Below, one piece after another: positions 46,629-56,500 of a stretch of DNA of 64,000 nt. Each line of letters opens with the position of its first letter. The first letter of the stretch is position 1. The DNA is from Ignavibacteria bacterium (GTDB taxonomy: Bacteria > Bacteroidota > Ignavibacteria > Tepidaquicellales > Tepidaquicellaceae). The notes under the pieces were generated by a model. It was not told the origin of the DNA. It saw nothing but the letters and a program-made list of their open reading frames with translations, and ran no database searches. The stretch lies in contig JAEUSI010000004.1 in the NCBI GenBank assembly GCA_016788375.1, positions 3,478-67,477 of the forward strand, given 5' to 3'. A program made the translations under genes and the position numbers.

Positions 46629-47309
46629 TTAATACATAAGCGAATATACAATTATATTCACACCCATTTTAAAGGCTTCTTCCCTCTTTTGCGGAGTATC
46701 ATGATGTTCTTGTGTATCAGCCCAGCCGTCGGAAATATTTGTTTCATAAGTATAATACACGCAAAGCCTGTTGTTTTTATAAATCCCGAAACCCTGTGGA
46801 GGTTTCGAGTCATGTTCATGAATTTTGGGAAGCCCGTTTGGAAAATTATACTGAACATTGTAAATCTTATGGCTGAATGGAAGTTCGGTTAACTCATCCT
46901 CCGGAAAAACTTTTTTCATTTCCCTCCTGAAAGATTCATTCATTCCGTAATCATCATCCGCATAAAGGAATCCTCCGGATTCACAGTACTTTCTCAGACG
47001 GGCAGCTTCTGATGCGGAGAAATCAATGTTTCCGTGTCCCGTTATGAGAATAAACGGATAGTTAAAAATATCATCTGATGAAACATCGACGGAATAAAAT
47101 TTCGGTTCATCGGTATCAATGACTGTGTTTTTCTTAAGAAATTCCATCATATTTAATTCAGCTGACGGGTCATTATACCAGTCACCGCCGCCGGAATATT
47201 TCAGACGCGCGATTTTAAACTGAGACGAATTTTTATTTGCACCGTCGCTCTGTCCGAATAAGTGAGTTGTAATGAACAAAAAAATTACGGCGGGTAATAA
47301 ATATTTCAA
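46629..47309 (-). CDS. DUF4159 domain protein, exported
   Basis: 226 aa ORF. ARLKYSGGGDWYNDPSAELNMMEFL is the characteristic DUF4159 N-terminal block. Confidence 0.7.
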   Translation of the reverse strand: MKYLLPAVIFLFITTHLFGQSDGANKNSSQFKIARLKYSGGGDWYNDPSAELNMMEFLKKNTVIDTDEPKFYSVDVSSDDIFNYPFILITGHGNIDFSASEAARLRKYCESGGFLYADDDYGMNESFRREMKKVFPEDELTELPFSHKIYNVQYNFPNGLPKIHEHDSKPPQGFGIYKNNRLCVYYTYETNISDGWADTQEHHDTPQKREEAFKMGVNIIVYSLMY

Positions 47310-47362
47310 ATTACTGAAGTTAACTGAATTTAAATTTAATGTAACAATCTCAGAATAATTTA

Positions 47363-49429
47363 TCAGAAAATAAATTCATATCCGATTTTAAAATATTTTC
47401 CTACGTTCTGCAGCCTGTCTCCGTTCATGTTCAGCACCAGATAAATATTGCTTCCGGCAAAAAACTCATACTGAAGGATGGAGTTCCACAATGCCTGTTT
47501 AGTAAAACTGTCTCTCTGATAATACGATCTGAAATAAATTTTCGGAAAAGGCTTAAAATCCATTCTGGAATTTACGATTGTTCTTTTGGTATTATCAACA
47601 TCAAGATAAGTAATACTTGCGCTTAAAAGCAGTCTGTCAAATAAAAAAATGTTTCCGTTCAGATAGGGATTTTTAATATAGGAACCGAAATAAGGACCGA
47701 AGAAATATCCGATATTAATGGCATTGCTGCCGAGATATATATTGGCACTGTATTCCTGTCCCGTATTATTCATTGTAACTACTTCACCGTATTCATTGAA
47801 ATCGTTCGGTTTATTGAATTCCATATACTGATTGATTCTGAGCCACTCGGTAACTTTGAAATTTGTTCCGAAAAAAACATTATTCTGCAAATTAAAACCA
47901 GCAGGAAAGAATTCACCGTCTGTTAATATTCTTCCTTTGTAATATCCCGCATTTATGTTAATATCCGAAAAATATTTTCTGTCGGAAACAAAACCGTAAC
48001 CTCCGGATGCACTTAATTCATCATAATTATCCGGCAGTCCGACCTGACTGTCAAAAGCAGTAATTGCAAGAAATCCGGGATTAACACGGTTGTAACTCAG
48101 ATCCGCATATGGACCTCCGGCATCATTGCGCTGATAATATGTATATAACTGATAAGCCAGACCTTCTTTTTCTGCACCTCTTTCCGTGTTCCAGCTGTTT
48201 GCAACCTGAAACTGAAACCGGACAGGATTTTCGGGAAACCTGTAAAATCCGTCAAAGCTCAGGACATTTTCGTTGAAATCCAGCCCGCGGTTATCAGTGT
48301 GAAGTATCATTGAACCGATGTTAAAATTCTGTGTAACAATATTCGGTCTTGCGACGAAAAAATTCCTTTCATTTCCGATCTGATCCCTGTCATTTACATA
48401 AATGGATCCGAGTTTCAGCAGATCACTTCTGTAAGTATAATTGAATCCGTACTTGATTTCTTCAATAGCCCTTGTATAAAAAAGATTTATAGGAGTTCTG
48501 TATATGTCAAGATCCTTGCTGAAAAAAGGTCTTTTCTCCTGAAGAAAAATAGGTCTCGCATAAAGTGAAAATCTGAACGGATCCGCTTCAAGCGTAGATT
48601 CATCCGGATTTACAGTTGCTTTCAATTTATGTTTGTCCAGACTTACGTTAAAATCTGCGCCGAGAAGCAGGGTGTCTTTCAGATTATTGAAACTCTGTCC
48701 CACAACGAAAGGAAACACATTGAAATCAAGATTCAGTTTTTCGTTAAAAGGCTGCGTAAGATCAAGCTTGTAAGTGTTTTTCAGGGAGAGAAGTTCGGTG
48801 TTCGGAACTATTGAATAATAGTAATAATTTCCGTCTTCCTTATAAGCAAACATCTGAATATCAACCCCGATCTGTTTGGTGTTTTTATTCTGAAGTTTAT
48901 CAACGGGTATTTTTACTTCCGTCTGTATATGTCCGGGTTTGCCGTTTTTTGCTTCGGAAATTACAGTGGATTTAACTTCCCATATCCAGTCCCATTCGCT
49001 TGACTGGTTTCTCTGATTATAAACTATGGCATCCCTCTGATTATTCAGAAAACTGAATGCAAAAAAGTATCCGTTCTGATTTTTATTCTCCAGATCAAGA
49101 AGAATAAAGAATTCGTTTTCGTCTTCTGTGCTTCTGTCACGAGTTAGAGATTTAGAAATAATCTTTCCCTGCGGATAATAATCAAAACCGAAATATATGG
49201 CTTCCTTTGTCTGCTTGATCATCACTACGGTGCTGTCGTGGCTGTTATCTTCCGATTTGGGAATGAATTTATAAAAACTTGTAAAAACTTTTGCTCCTGC
49301 CCATTCAGAGCTGCTGATATTACCGTCCACCGAAAGAGATTCGGTTTTAATGCTCTGTGTCTGAGAATACAGCAGATTAATCATCATCAGAAAAATGCAC
49401 GGTAAAAAAAGTGTAGTTTTTTTAATCAT
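47363..49429 (-). CDS. Outer-membrane-type protein with a CBM9/DOMON-like N-terminal domain and a DUF5916-like beta-rich C-terminus
   Basis: I placed the start at the ATG at 49429, giving the signal peptide MIKKTTLFLPCIFLMMINLLYSQ. VDGNISSSEWAGAKVFTSFY...EAIYFGF is CBM9-like. The C-terminus ends in an aromatic residue (YEFIF). Confidence 0.6.
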   Translation of the reverse strand: MIKKTTLFLPCIFLMMINLLYSQTQSIKTESLSVDGNISSSEWAGAKVFTSFYKFIPKSEDNSHDSTVVMIKQTKEAIYFGFDYYPQGKIISKSLTRDRSTEDENEFFILLDLENKNQNGYFFAFSFLNNQRDAIVYNQRNQSSEWDWIWEVKSTVISEAKNGKPGHIQTEVKIPVDKLQNKNTKQIGVDIQMFAYKEDGNYYYYSIVPNTELLSLKNTYKLDLTQPFNEKLNLDFNVFPFVVGQSFNNLKDTLLLGADFNVSLDKHKLKATVNPDESTLEADPFRFSLYARPIFLQEKRPFFSKDLDIYRTPINLFYTRAIEEIKYGFNYTYRSDLLKLGSIYVNDRDQIGNERNFFVARPNIVTQNFNIGSMILHTDNRGLDFNENVLSFDGFYRFPENPVRFQFQVANSWNTERGAEKEGLAYQLYTYYQRNDAGGPYADLSYNRVNPGFLAITAFDSQVGLPDNYDELSASGGYGFVSDRKYFSDININAGYYKGRILTDGEFFPAGFNLQNNVFFGTNFKVTEWLRINQYMEFNKPNDFNEYGEVVTMNNTGQEYSANIYLGSNAINIGYFFGPYFGSYIKNPYLNGNIFLFDRLLLSASITYLDVDNTKRTIVNSRMDFKPFPKIYFRSYYQRDSFTKQALWNSILQYEFFAGSNIYLVLNMNGDRLQNVGKYFKIGYEFIF

Positions 49430-49645
49430 ACTCCGGAAATTTAATAAATTATTAAATCCTAAACACACAGAGGGTTGTTGAATGTCTATTTTTATATAAA
49501 ATAACGTAAATAATTGCAACAGGTTACATTACAGAAAATTTTATTCGGATTTTCTCTTGTATCTGCGTTTTTTAAACAGGTCATTTTTAAAAAGATTGAA
49601 TGAATTTTATATTTTAGTTAATATATTTATAAATAAAATAAGCGC

Positions 49646-50491
49646 ATGAAAATTTTTAAAGTTTTGTTCCTTCTTTTGCTTTTTACAGATATAAAATATT
49701 CTTATTCACAGTTTTCACCGGTCGAGCTTTATTCAAAAGGTTTACAGAAATTTTATGACGGTCAGTTTCAGGAAGCCGTCAGTTTTTTTGATGATTACAT
49801 CAAAGTCGCTTCAAATGATGTCAGAGGTTTTAATTACAGAGGATTGAGTTATATGGCTCTTAAAAACTATCAGAGAGCAATTGAGGATTTCACCAGCATT
49901 CTTACGATAAATACAACGAGTCCCGAAGGTTTTACAAACCGCGGATATGCTTATTTGCTGATGGGAAATACATCTTCTTCATTAAGCGATTTTGCGAATT
50001 CTATTCAGTATGCACCTGCATATATTGAAGCTTATATCGGCAAAAGCAGGACAAATACTGCTTTAGGAGATTTTTCAAATGCAATGAAAAATCTGAACAT
50101 GGCACAGGGTATAACTCCGAAAAATCCGAGAGTTTATATCAACAAAGCATGGGTGTATTATCTTCAGAATGATACAAATAATTTTTTTGAAAATGTTTAC
50201 AGTGCTTTGTACAATGACTCTGATATTGTATTTACCAGTTTTGAAAAAGACCTGATTTTTCTGAAAGTTGAGATTTTTAAAATGGCTCTAAAAATTGCGG
50301 ATGAAAGCGTTTCAAGATATCCGGATAACTATTTCTTCCGTTTCACTAGAGGATTTGTTTATTATCTGCTCAATAATTATACAGAAGCGGCAAATGATTT
50401 ACAAGCATCGGCAAAATTAAACAAAAATAAAACTCCGCTTTACAATAAAATAATAGGTATTCTCAAACGGAGCATTGAAAGAAACAGTTAA
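49646..50491 (+). CDS. Exported TPR repeat protein
   Basis: 281 aa ORF with a signal peptide and several 34-residue repeats showing the A/Y/F pattern (for example YNYRGLSYMALKNYQRAIEDF). Confidence 0.7.
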   Translation: MKIFKVLFLLLLFTDIKYSYSQFSPVELYSKGLQKFYDGQFQEAVSFFDDYIKVASNDVRGFNYRGLSYMALKNYQRAIEDFTSILTINTTSPEGFTNRGYAYLLMGNTSSSLSDFANSIQYAPAYIEAYIGKSRTNTALGDFSNAMKNLNMAQGITPKNPRVYINKAWVYYLQNDTNNFFENVYSALYNDSDIVFTSFEKDLIFLKVEIFKMALKIADESVSRYPDNYFFRFTRGFVYYLLNNYTEAANDLQASAKLNKNKTPLYNKIIGILKRSIERNS

Positions 50492-50591
50492 TGATCCTGT
50501 TTAAATTAATTCCGAACAGTTTTTTTATTAAAAAACAGGCAGTCATAAATTAAATTCCGTTATTTATAACTGCTGTTAACTTTAACAAATT

Positions 50592-51230
50592 TTATTTATT
50601 CGGCTGAGGTGTTATTCTGAGATAAGGCTTTACCTTAATAAACCCTTTTGGAAATCTTTTAATTGCTTCTTCATCATTAATTGAATTAACAATTATACAG
50701 TCATCACCGTCTCTCCAGTTAACGGGCGTTGCAACTCCGTATGAAGAAGTAAGCTGCAGTGAATCAATAGCCCTGAGAATTTCATAAAAATCCCTGCCTG
50801 TTGATGCGGGATAAGTCAGTGTCAGTTTAATTTTTTTATCCGGACCTATCACAAATACTGATCTGACAGTTAGTTTATCATCAGCATTGGGATGTATCAT
50901 ATCGTACAATGAAGCCACATATTTGTCGTCATCAGCTATCATAGGAAAGTTAATTCTCGCACCCTGAGTTTCAAAAATGTCTTCGAGCCATTTTTCATGT
51001 GAATCAACCGGATCAACGCTTAATCCGATAACTTTAACATTTCTTTTATCGAATTCATCTTTTAGTTTTGCAACCATACCGAGCTCGGTAGTGCATACCG
51101 GAGTGAAATCTGCCGGATGAGAAAAAAGCACTCCCCATTTATCCCCGAGCCATTCATGAAACATAATCTGACCTTCGGTGGTTTTTGCACTGAAATTCGG
51201 AGCAGTGTCTCCTAATCTTAAAGCTGCCAT
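50592..51230 (-). CDS. Peroxiredoxin, 1-Cys (Prx6) type
   Basis: 212 aa ORF with the peroxidatic Cys motif DFTPVCTTELG. No resolving Cys motif is present. Confidence 0.9.
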   Translation of the reverse strand: MAALRLGDTAPNFSAKTTEGQIMFHEWLGDKWGVLFSHPADFTPVCTTELGMVAKLKDEFDKRNVKVIGLSVDPVDSHEKWLEDIFETQGARINFPMIADDDKYVASLYDMIHPNADDKLTVRSVFVIGPDKKIKLTLTYPASTGRDFYEILRAIDSLQLTSSYGVATPVNWRDGDDCIIVNSINDEEAIKRFPKGFIKVKPYLRITPQPNK

Positions 51231-51466
51231 TATTGTATTAATTTGATTTATAAAAATATTTTATTTAAAAGGAATTCCGGAAGATTAATATCAGATTTTT
51301 TAACTTATTGCCGGAAATTAAATATAAAACTTCTTAAAAATTTAATATTTATTTATCCGGAAAAAAAGATAATATTTATGACTAAATATTCTATTAAACC
51401 TGTACAAAATGAACCTTTACTTTGTCCGGAAAGTTAACAACGATAACTTAATCTGAACATAAAATA

Positions 51467-52003
51467 ATGAAAAATTCCGTAATCCCGTTATTTCTGATAC
51501 TTTTAATTTCAAATCTTTTTGCATGCACAAAGAATGAATCCGGTTTGAATAAATTAATCTCCTTTGAGGATTCGACAAAAATTAAAAATAATAGCGGCAG
51601 TTTTAAAGTTGTAAAATCCGAAGAAGAATGGAAAAAAATTCTTACTCCGCTCCAGTACCTGGTAACCCGCGAAAAAGGAACGGAACGTCCTTTTGATAAT
51701 GAGTATTTTGACAATCACGAGACGGGTAATTATTACTGTATTTGCTGTGATCAGACTCTCTTTTCATCCGAAACGAAATTTGAGTCCGGAACCGGCTGGC
51801 CGAGTTTTTATGCACCGGAAAGTATTGCAAACATTCTTGAAATCAGCGATGATAGTCACGGAATGACAAGGGTTGAAGTATTATGCAGCAGATGCGGAGC
51901 ACATCTCGGTCATGTATTTGACGACGGACCCCCGCCTACGGGACTGAGATACTGTATGAATTCAGCTTCACTGAATTTCAAACCAGTGAAACAAGCAAAG
52001 TAA
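51467..52003 (+). CDS. msrB: Peptide-methionine (R)-S-oxide reductase MsrB, second lipoprotein paralog
   Basis: 178 aa ORF with a lipobox (NLFAC) and the motifs [30 protein letters not shown] and RYCMNS. Confidence 0.9.
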   Translation: MKNSVIPLFLILLISNLFACTKNESGLNKLISFEDSTKIKNNSGSFKVVKSEEEWKKILTPLQYLVTREKGTERPFDNEYFDNHETGNYYCICCDQTLFSSETKFESGTGWPSFYAPESIANILEISDDSHGMTRVEVLCSRCGAHLGHVFDDGPPPTGLRYCMNSASLNFKPVKQAK

Positions 52004-52041
52004 CCGGGTAGAATTTCTAAAATGGATTTTCTTATGCTGAT

Positions 52042-53490
52042 TCAATCCTGAAGTTTTATACAGACATTCTTTGGTTCAGTAAAAAATCTTAATGCTTCAA
52101 GCCCGCCTTCTCTGCCGACACCGGAGTTTTTCATTCCTCCGAATGGAGTTCTTAAATCACGGATCATCCAGCAGTTAACCCAGACTATACCGGTTTTTAT
52201 TTTTGAAGAAATTCTGTGTGCTCTGGTCAGGTTTTCTGTCCATAGAATAGAAGCTAATCCGTATTCTGTGCTGTTTGCCATCATCATAACTTCTTCTTCG
52301 GATTCAAAAGGAGTAATTGTAACAACCGGTCCGAAAATTTCCTCGGCGTTTGTTCTGCAGTCAAATGCAAGTCCTTCTATTACCGTCGGTTCGATAAACC
52401 AGCCGTTGCTGCATCTTCCGGGAAGCTTAATGCTTTTACCTCCGCATAATATTTTCCCTCCTTCCGAAACAGCAAGGTTTACATAACTCAGGATTTTATC
52501 GAAATGCTGCCGTGATACTATTGCTCCCAGATCGGATGTTTCATTTAACGGATCCCCGACTTTTAATTCTTTTACTTTCTTGACAAAATCTTTTTTGAAT
52601 TTTTCATAGACAGTTTTCTCCACAAAAATTCTCGAACCGCACAAGCAGATTTCTCCCTGATTTCTGAATGATGACTGAACGGTTGTATTCAGCATTTCCT
52701 CATAATTGCAGTCGGCAAAAATAATATTCGGATTTTTTCCTCCGAGTTCCAGCGACAGTTTTTTAAAGTCCGGTGCTGCCGCTTTTGCAATTTCACTTCC
52801 GGTTTTTGTACCTCCGGTAAATGTAATTGCTTTTATTCCGGGATGGGTTACAATTGAGCTTCCCGCCTTATGACCGTAACCGTGAATAATATTCAGAACG
52901 CCTTCCGGAAGACCGGCTTCAATACAAAGTTCAGATAACATATACGCAGTCAGTGGAGTTATTTCCGAAGGTTTTGCCACAACACAGTTCCCTGCAGCGA
53001 GTGCAGGCGCGATTTTCCATGTAAATAAATAAAGCGGAAGATTCCACGGCGATATTGCTCCTACAATTCCAACAGGCTGTCTCAGAGTATAATTCAGAGC
53101 TTCATTTCCCGTCATATGTGATTCGCTCGAAAACTGCGTAACGGCATAAGCGAAAAACTCAAAATTTTTTATTGCTCTCGGAATATCCACACTTTTCGAA
53201 AGCCACAACGGTTTGCCGTTATCTGTAGTTTCCGCTTCTGCAAATTTATCAAGGTTTTTGCTTATGAACCCCGCTATTTTCAGGAGAAATTCCGAACGGT
53301 ATTCAGATGAAGCATTTGACCATTTCTCAAATGCTTTTGTGGCTGACTGTACGGCAAGATCTGCGTCATCTTTATCAGAATCGGGAATCATCGTAAATAC
53401 TTCACCTGTAGCGGGATTGTAGTTGTTGATATAATTTCCGTTATAAGGAGTGGTTAATATTCCGTTAATGTAATTTTTAAGTTTTTCCAT
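52042..53490 (-). CDS. NAD(P)-dependent aldehyde dehydrogenase
   Basis: 482 aa ORF with ELGGKNP and the catalytic Cys region FRNQGEICLCGSR. Confidence 0.85.
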   Translation of the reverse strand: MEKLKNYINGILTTPYNGNYINNYNPATGEVFTMIPDSDKDDADLAVQSATKAFEKWSNASSEYRSEFLLKIAGFISKNLDKFAEAETTDNGKPLWLSKSVDIPRAIKNFEFFAYAVTQFSSESHMTGNEALNYTLRQPVGIVGAISPWNLPLYLFTWKIAPALAAGNCVVAKPSEITPLTAYMLSELCIEAGLPEGVLNIIHGYGHKAGSSIVTHPGIKAITFTGGTKTGSEIAKAAAPDFKKLSLELGGKNPNIIFADCNYEEMLNTTVQSSFRNQGEICLCGSRIFVEKTVYEKFKKDFVKKVKELKVGDPLNETSDLGAIVSRQHFDKILSYVNLAVSEGGKILCGGKSIKLPGRCSNGWFIEPTVIEGLAFDCRTNAEEIFGPVVTITPFESEEEVMMMANSTEYGLASILWTENLTRAHRISSKIKTGIVWVNCWMIRDLRTPFGGMKNSGVGREGGLEALRFFTEPKNVCIKLQD

Positions 53491-53532
53491 TTTGCGGTTT
53501 TAGTATCTGTTAAGATGAAAAATATTATCTGA

Positions 53533-53841
53533 TCAGGTATCAACTGATTCGAGTATTGTTCTGAATGCCGTAAATTTATCCCCGAACTTTTCCTTATGCT
53601 CTGACTGCAGTTTCGAAGCGTGGTTTTTCTGATAAGTTTCCAGGTCTTCAATTGTATTAAGAAAATACTGCACGGAATAATTTATTCCGCCTTCTTCGTC
53701 ATCTGTTTTTATTCTGTAAATTCTGCTGTTTATAAATAGACCTGTTGAAAGAACATCAGGAATATGCTTTGAAATCATCCAGTCAAGCCATATGTCATGC
53801 ACGTCGCTGTCAATATTTACCGTTACATTATAAAGTATCAT
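53533..53841 (-). CDS. DUF4286 family protein
   Basis: 102 aa ORF. MILYNVTVNIDSDVHDIWLDWMISKHIPDVLSTGLF matches the DUF4286 N-terminal pattern. Confidence 0.65.
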   Translation of the reverse strand: MILYNVTVNIDSDVHDIWLDWMISKHIPDVLSTGLFINSRIYRIKTDDEEGGINYSVQYFLNTIEDLETYQKNHASKLQSEHKEKFGDKFTAFRTILESVDT

Positions 53842-53877
53842 TTTAATTTTACCTTTAGATGTGATTACAAATTAATT

Positions 53878-54666
53878 TCAAAGACAAAGCGTTCTTCCTC
53901 CGTCAACAGTCAGATTTACGCCGTTTATGTATCCTGCAAATTCCGATGCAAGAAAAGTCACTGCGCAGGCAATTTCTGACGGCTCGGCAAATCTTCCTGC
54001 GGGAATTTCACTGATTCCTTCGGAAATAATTTCTTCAAGATTTCTGCCGGAAGCTTCTGCTTTATTTTTAAATATTGCTTTAAGTCTTTCCGTATTTGTA
54101 GCTCCGGGTAAAACATTGTTAACCGTGATACCGAATCGTCCGAGTTCTGCAGAGAGAGTTTTTGCCCATCCGGCTACTGCCCCACGGACAGTGTTTGATA
54201 CGCCGAGTCCTTTAATCGGCTGTTTAACGGAAGTGGAAATTATGTTTATAATTCTGCCGTATTTTTGTTTTTTCATACCTTCTGTTACAGACTGAACGAG
54301 TATCTGATTACAGATAAGGTGGTTTGAAAACGCCTGTATAAATTCGGAAGTATCGGCAGAAACAGCCTCGCCTGCTTTAGGTCCGCCTGTATTATTTACG
54401 AGAATATGTACGGGAGGATTTTCCGTAGTATAGTTATGAATCTTCTGTTTCAGGGTGGACGGATCGGAAAAATCAGCAACTATAAAATTATGATTCTGTT
54501 TTTTGGTTGCCGGAAGTTCACGCAGGACATTTCTCAATGATTCTTCGTTTCTTGAAACAAGTATTACGCTTGCACCGGATGAAGCAAACTGAATTGCGGT
54601 TGCTCTGCCGATACCCTGTGTGCTTCCGCAGACAATTGCTCTTTTATTTGTAAGGTCTATATTCAT
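53878..54666 (-). CDS. SDR family oxidoreductase
   Basis: 262 aa ORF with VCGSTQGIG and NNTG motifs and the overall length and layout expected of an SDR. Confidence 0.85.
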   Translation of the reverse strand: MNIDLTNKRAIVCGSTQGIGRATAIQFASSGASVILVSRNEESLRNVLRELPATKKQNHNFIVADFSDPSTLKQKIHNYTTENPPVHILVNNTGGPKAGEAVSADTSEFIQAFSNHLICNQILVQSVTEGMKKQKYGRIINIISTSVKQPIKGLGVSNTVRGAVAGWAKTLSAELGRFGITVNNVLPGATNTERLKAIFKNKAEASGRNLEEIISEGISEIPAGRFAEPSEIACAVTFLASEFAGYINGVNLTVDGGRTLCL

Positions 54667-54696
54667 CAGTAAATAAAATTCGATTAAATTTTAAAG

Positions 54697-55788
54697 TTAA
54701 GAAAAATAATTAAATCCGAGTTTAAGTTTCAGTCCGGACGGTAGTTCCGGCAATGAAGATCTCGGAATAAGATAAGTTGATAGATCGAACAAATCCCTGA
54801 ATACCTTATGTTTCTCAGCTGTTTCCATAAGATAGTGATGACCGGATGAACCTCCGGTTCCGACTTTTGCTCCGATCATTCTGTGAACCATCAGAGCGTG
54901 TTTGTATCTCCAGGTTGTAAAGAGTTCGTCTATATCAACAAGATATGTCAGAAATCTGAACGGCAGATGAAGCACCGGTTCATCCCTGTAAAGATTAATA
55001 AATAATGCAGCGAGTGTCGATTTATAAGAAAATCTTTTCAGTCCCTGTTTAATCAGCGCATTATGTTTTTCCTCGTCTAACAATGAATCGAATTTCTGTT
55101 TTGTATTTTCAAATTCCTTAAGCTGTTTTTCCCTCTTTTCATCTGTTAAGCTCGGATTATTCAGGATAATCTGCTTTTCGTTTTCAATCAGCTTTGAAAC
55201 TGCTTCTTTGTAATAACTCCAGAAGTCAAAATCATCCATTTTAAGAAACGGAATTCTTGAAAGCCATTTATCCACTGCTTCGATAACGGAAATAGTATTC
55301 TGCGAATCGATCAGCATTTTCTGATGTTCGTCCGAAACAAGAGAATAATAGTTTTTATTGTCAAGTTTTACGCGGCTTTCGGGATTCAAACCGAGTTTGT
55401 TTTCAATCAGTCTGAACTGATAGCTCTGAAATCCGGAAGCCGGAATGAGAAAATCTCTGAATTCAAGAAAATCAAGCGGAGTCATGGTTTCCAGTATATT
55501 CAGCTGATCAACAAGAACTTTCTGTATAGTAGTAATTCTTCTCAGTCTTGAAACCGCAATTCCAATGTTTCTTTCATCAATGACATTTTCCTGAAACATT
55601 TCCAGCACAGAATCAAGCTCATGAAGAATCTGCTTAAACCATAGTTCGTATGCCTGATGAACAATTATAAACAGCATTTCATCGTGAGCATGCTGATTGT
55701 ATTCATCGCTTTTCGGAGACTGGCTTGTAAGAAGTTTTTCCAGATGAAGGTATTCCGAATAATAAATCGGAGGATAGGGTTTTTTCAT
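54697..55788 (-). CDS. kynA: Tryptophan 2,3-dioxygenase
   Basis: 363 aa ORF with HDEMLFIIVHQAYELWFKQILHELD and GTGGSSGHHYL, the TDO signature blocks. Confidence 0.85.
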   Translation of the reverse strand: MKKPYPPIYYSEYLHLEKLLTSQSPKSDEYNQHAHDEMLFIIVHQAYELWFKQILHELDSVLEMFQENVIDERNIGIAVSRLRRITTIQKVLVDQLNILETMTPLDFLEFRDFLIPASGFQSYQFRLIENKLGLNPESRVKLDNKNYYSLVSDEHQKMLIDSQNTISVIEAVDKWLSRIPFLKMDDFDFWSYYKEAVSKLIENEKQIILNNPSLTDEKREKQLKEFENTKQKFDSLLDEEKHNALIKQGLKRFSYKSTLAALFINLYRDEPVLHLPFRFLTYLVDIDELFTTWRYKHALMVHRMIGAKVGTGGSSGHHYLMETAEKHKVFRDLFDLSTYLIPRSSLPELPSGLKLKLGFNYFS

Positions 55789-55879
55789 TTTGTTTTTTAT
55801 GTTGGTTCAAAATAAAACTCCTGAATGATTATTAAAAGTAAGTTTTGTATATTGCTCACGAATTTAAAGACAATCAGAA

Positions 55880-56476
55880 GTGAGAACATTTATTTCCATT
55901 AATCCTGATGATGAAACAAAAAATAAAATATCTGAACTACAGTCTGATTTAAAGAAAATTATTTTGCGTATAAACAGAAGCGGATATGATTATCTCCGGT
56001 GGGAAAAGCCTGCAAATCTTCATATGACTTTGTTTTTTATTGGAGAAATTAATGAAGATAAATTAACCGGAATTCAAACAGGATTAAAAGAAGTATCGGG
56101 AGATTTTCCTTTTAAAGAAATCGGTTTCAGGTCAGATGGATTAAATGCCTTTCCGGGTTTAAGATTTCCGAGAGTGCTTGTTATAAGTCTGCTCAATCCT
56201 GACAAAGGTGTTTATCTTCTGTCTGACAAAATAAACTCTGTTATGAAGAAAGCGGGATTTGAACAGGACAAGAAATTTATTCCTCACATTACTATAGCTA
56301 GAGTAAAAAGAGATCGTAAAATAAATCTTTCGGGACTCAGTGAAGAAATAGATTTTGAATTTGAATTTAAATCGGAAGATTTTTATCTGATGAAAAGCGA
56401 TCTGAGCAGATCCGGACCGGAATATTCGGTAATTAGCAAGTTTATATTTCAGAATGACGGGTTTTACTTAATATAA
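55880..56476 (+). CDS. thpR: RNA 2',3'-cyclic phosphodiesterase (2H phosphoesterase, ThpR/LigT)
   Basis: 198 aa ORF with a GTG start and two HxT motifs, HMTLFFIG and HITIAR. Confidence 0.8.
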   Translation: MRTFISINPDDETKNKISELQSDLKKIILRINRSGYDYLRWEKPANLHMTLFFIGEINEDKLTGIQTGLKEVSGDFPFKEIGFRSDGLNAFPGLRFPRVLVISLLNPDKGVYLLSDKINSVMKKAGFEQDKKFIPHITIARVKRDRKINLSGLSEEIDFEFEFKSEDFYLMKSDLSRSGPEYSVISKFIFQNDGFYLI

Positions 56477-56500
56477 AACCCGTCAGCTGAAATAAATTAT

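Noticed and set aside
45986-52003. The inverted msrB copies as arms of a composite transposon or recent segmental inversion
   Set aside because: The nucleotide sequences of the two copies are clearly diverged, with many synonymous and non-synonymous differences even in the conserved [12 protein letters not shown] region. There is no transposase, integrase or direct repeat.
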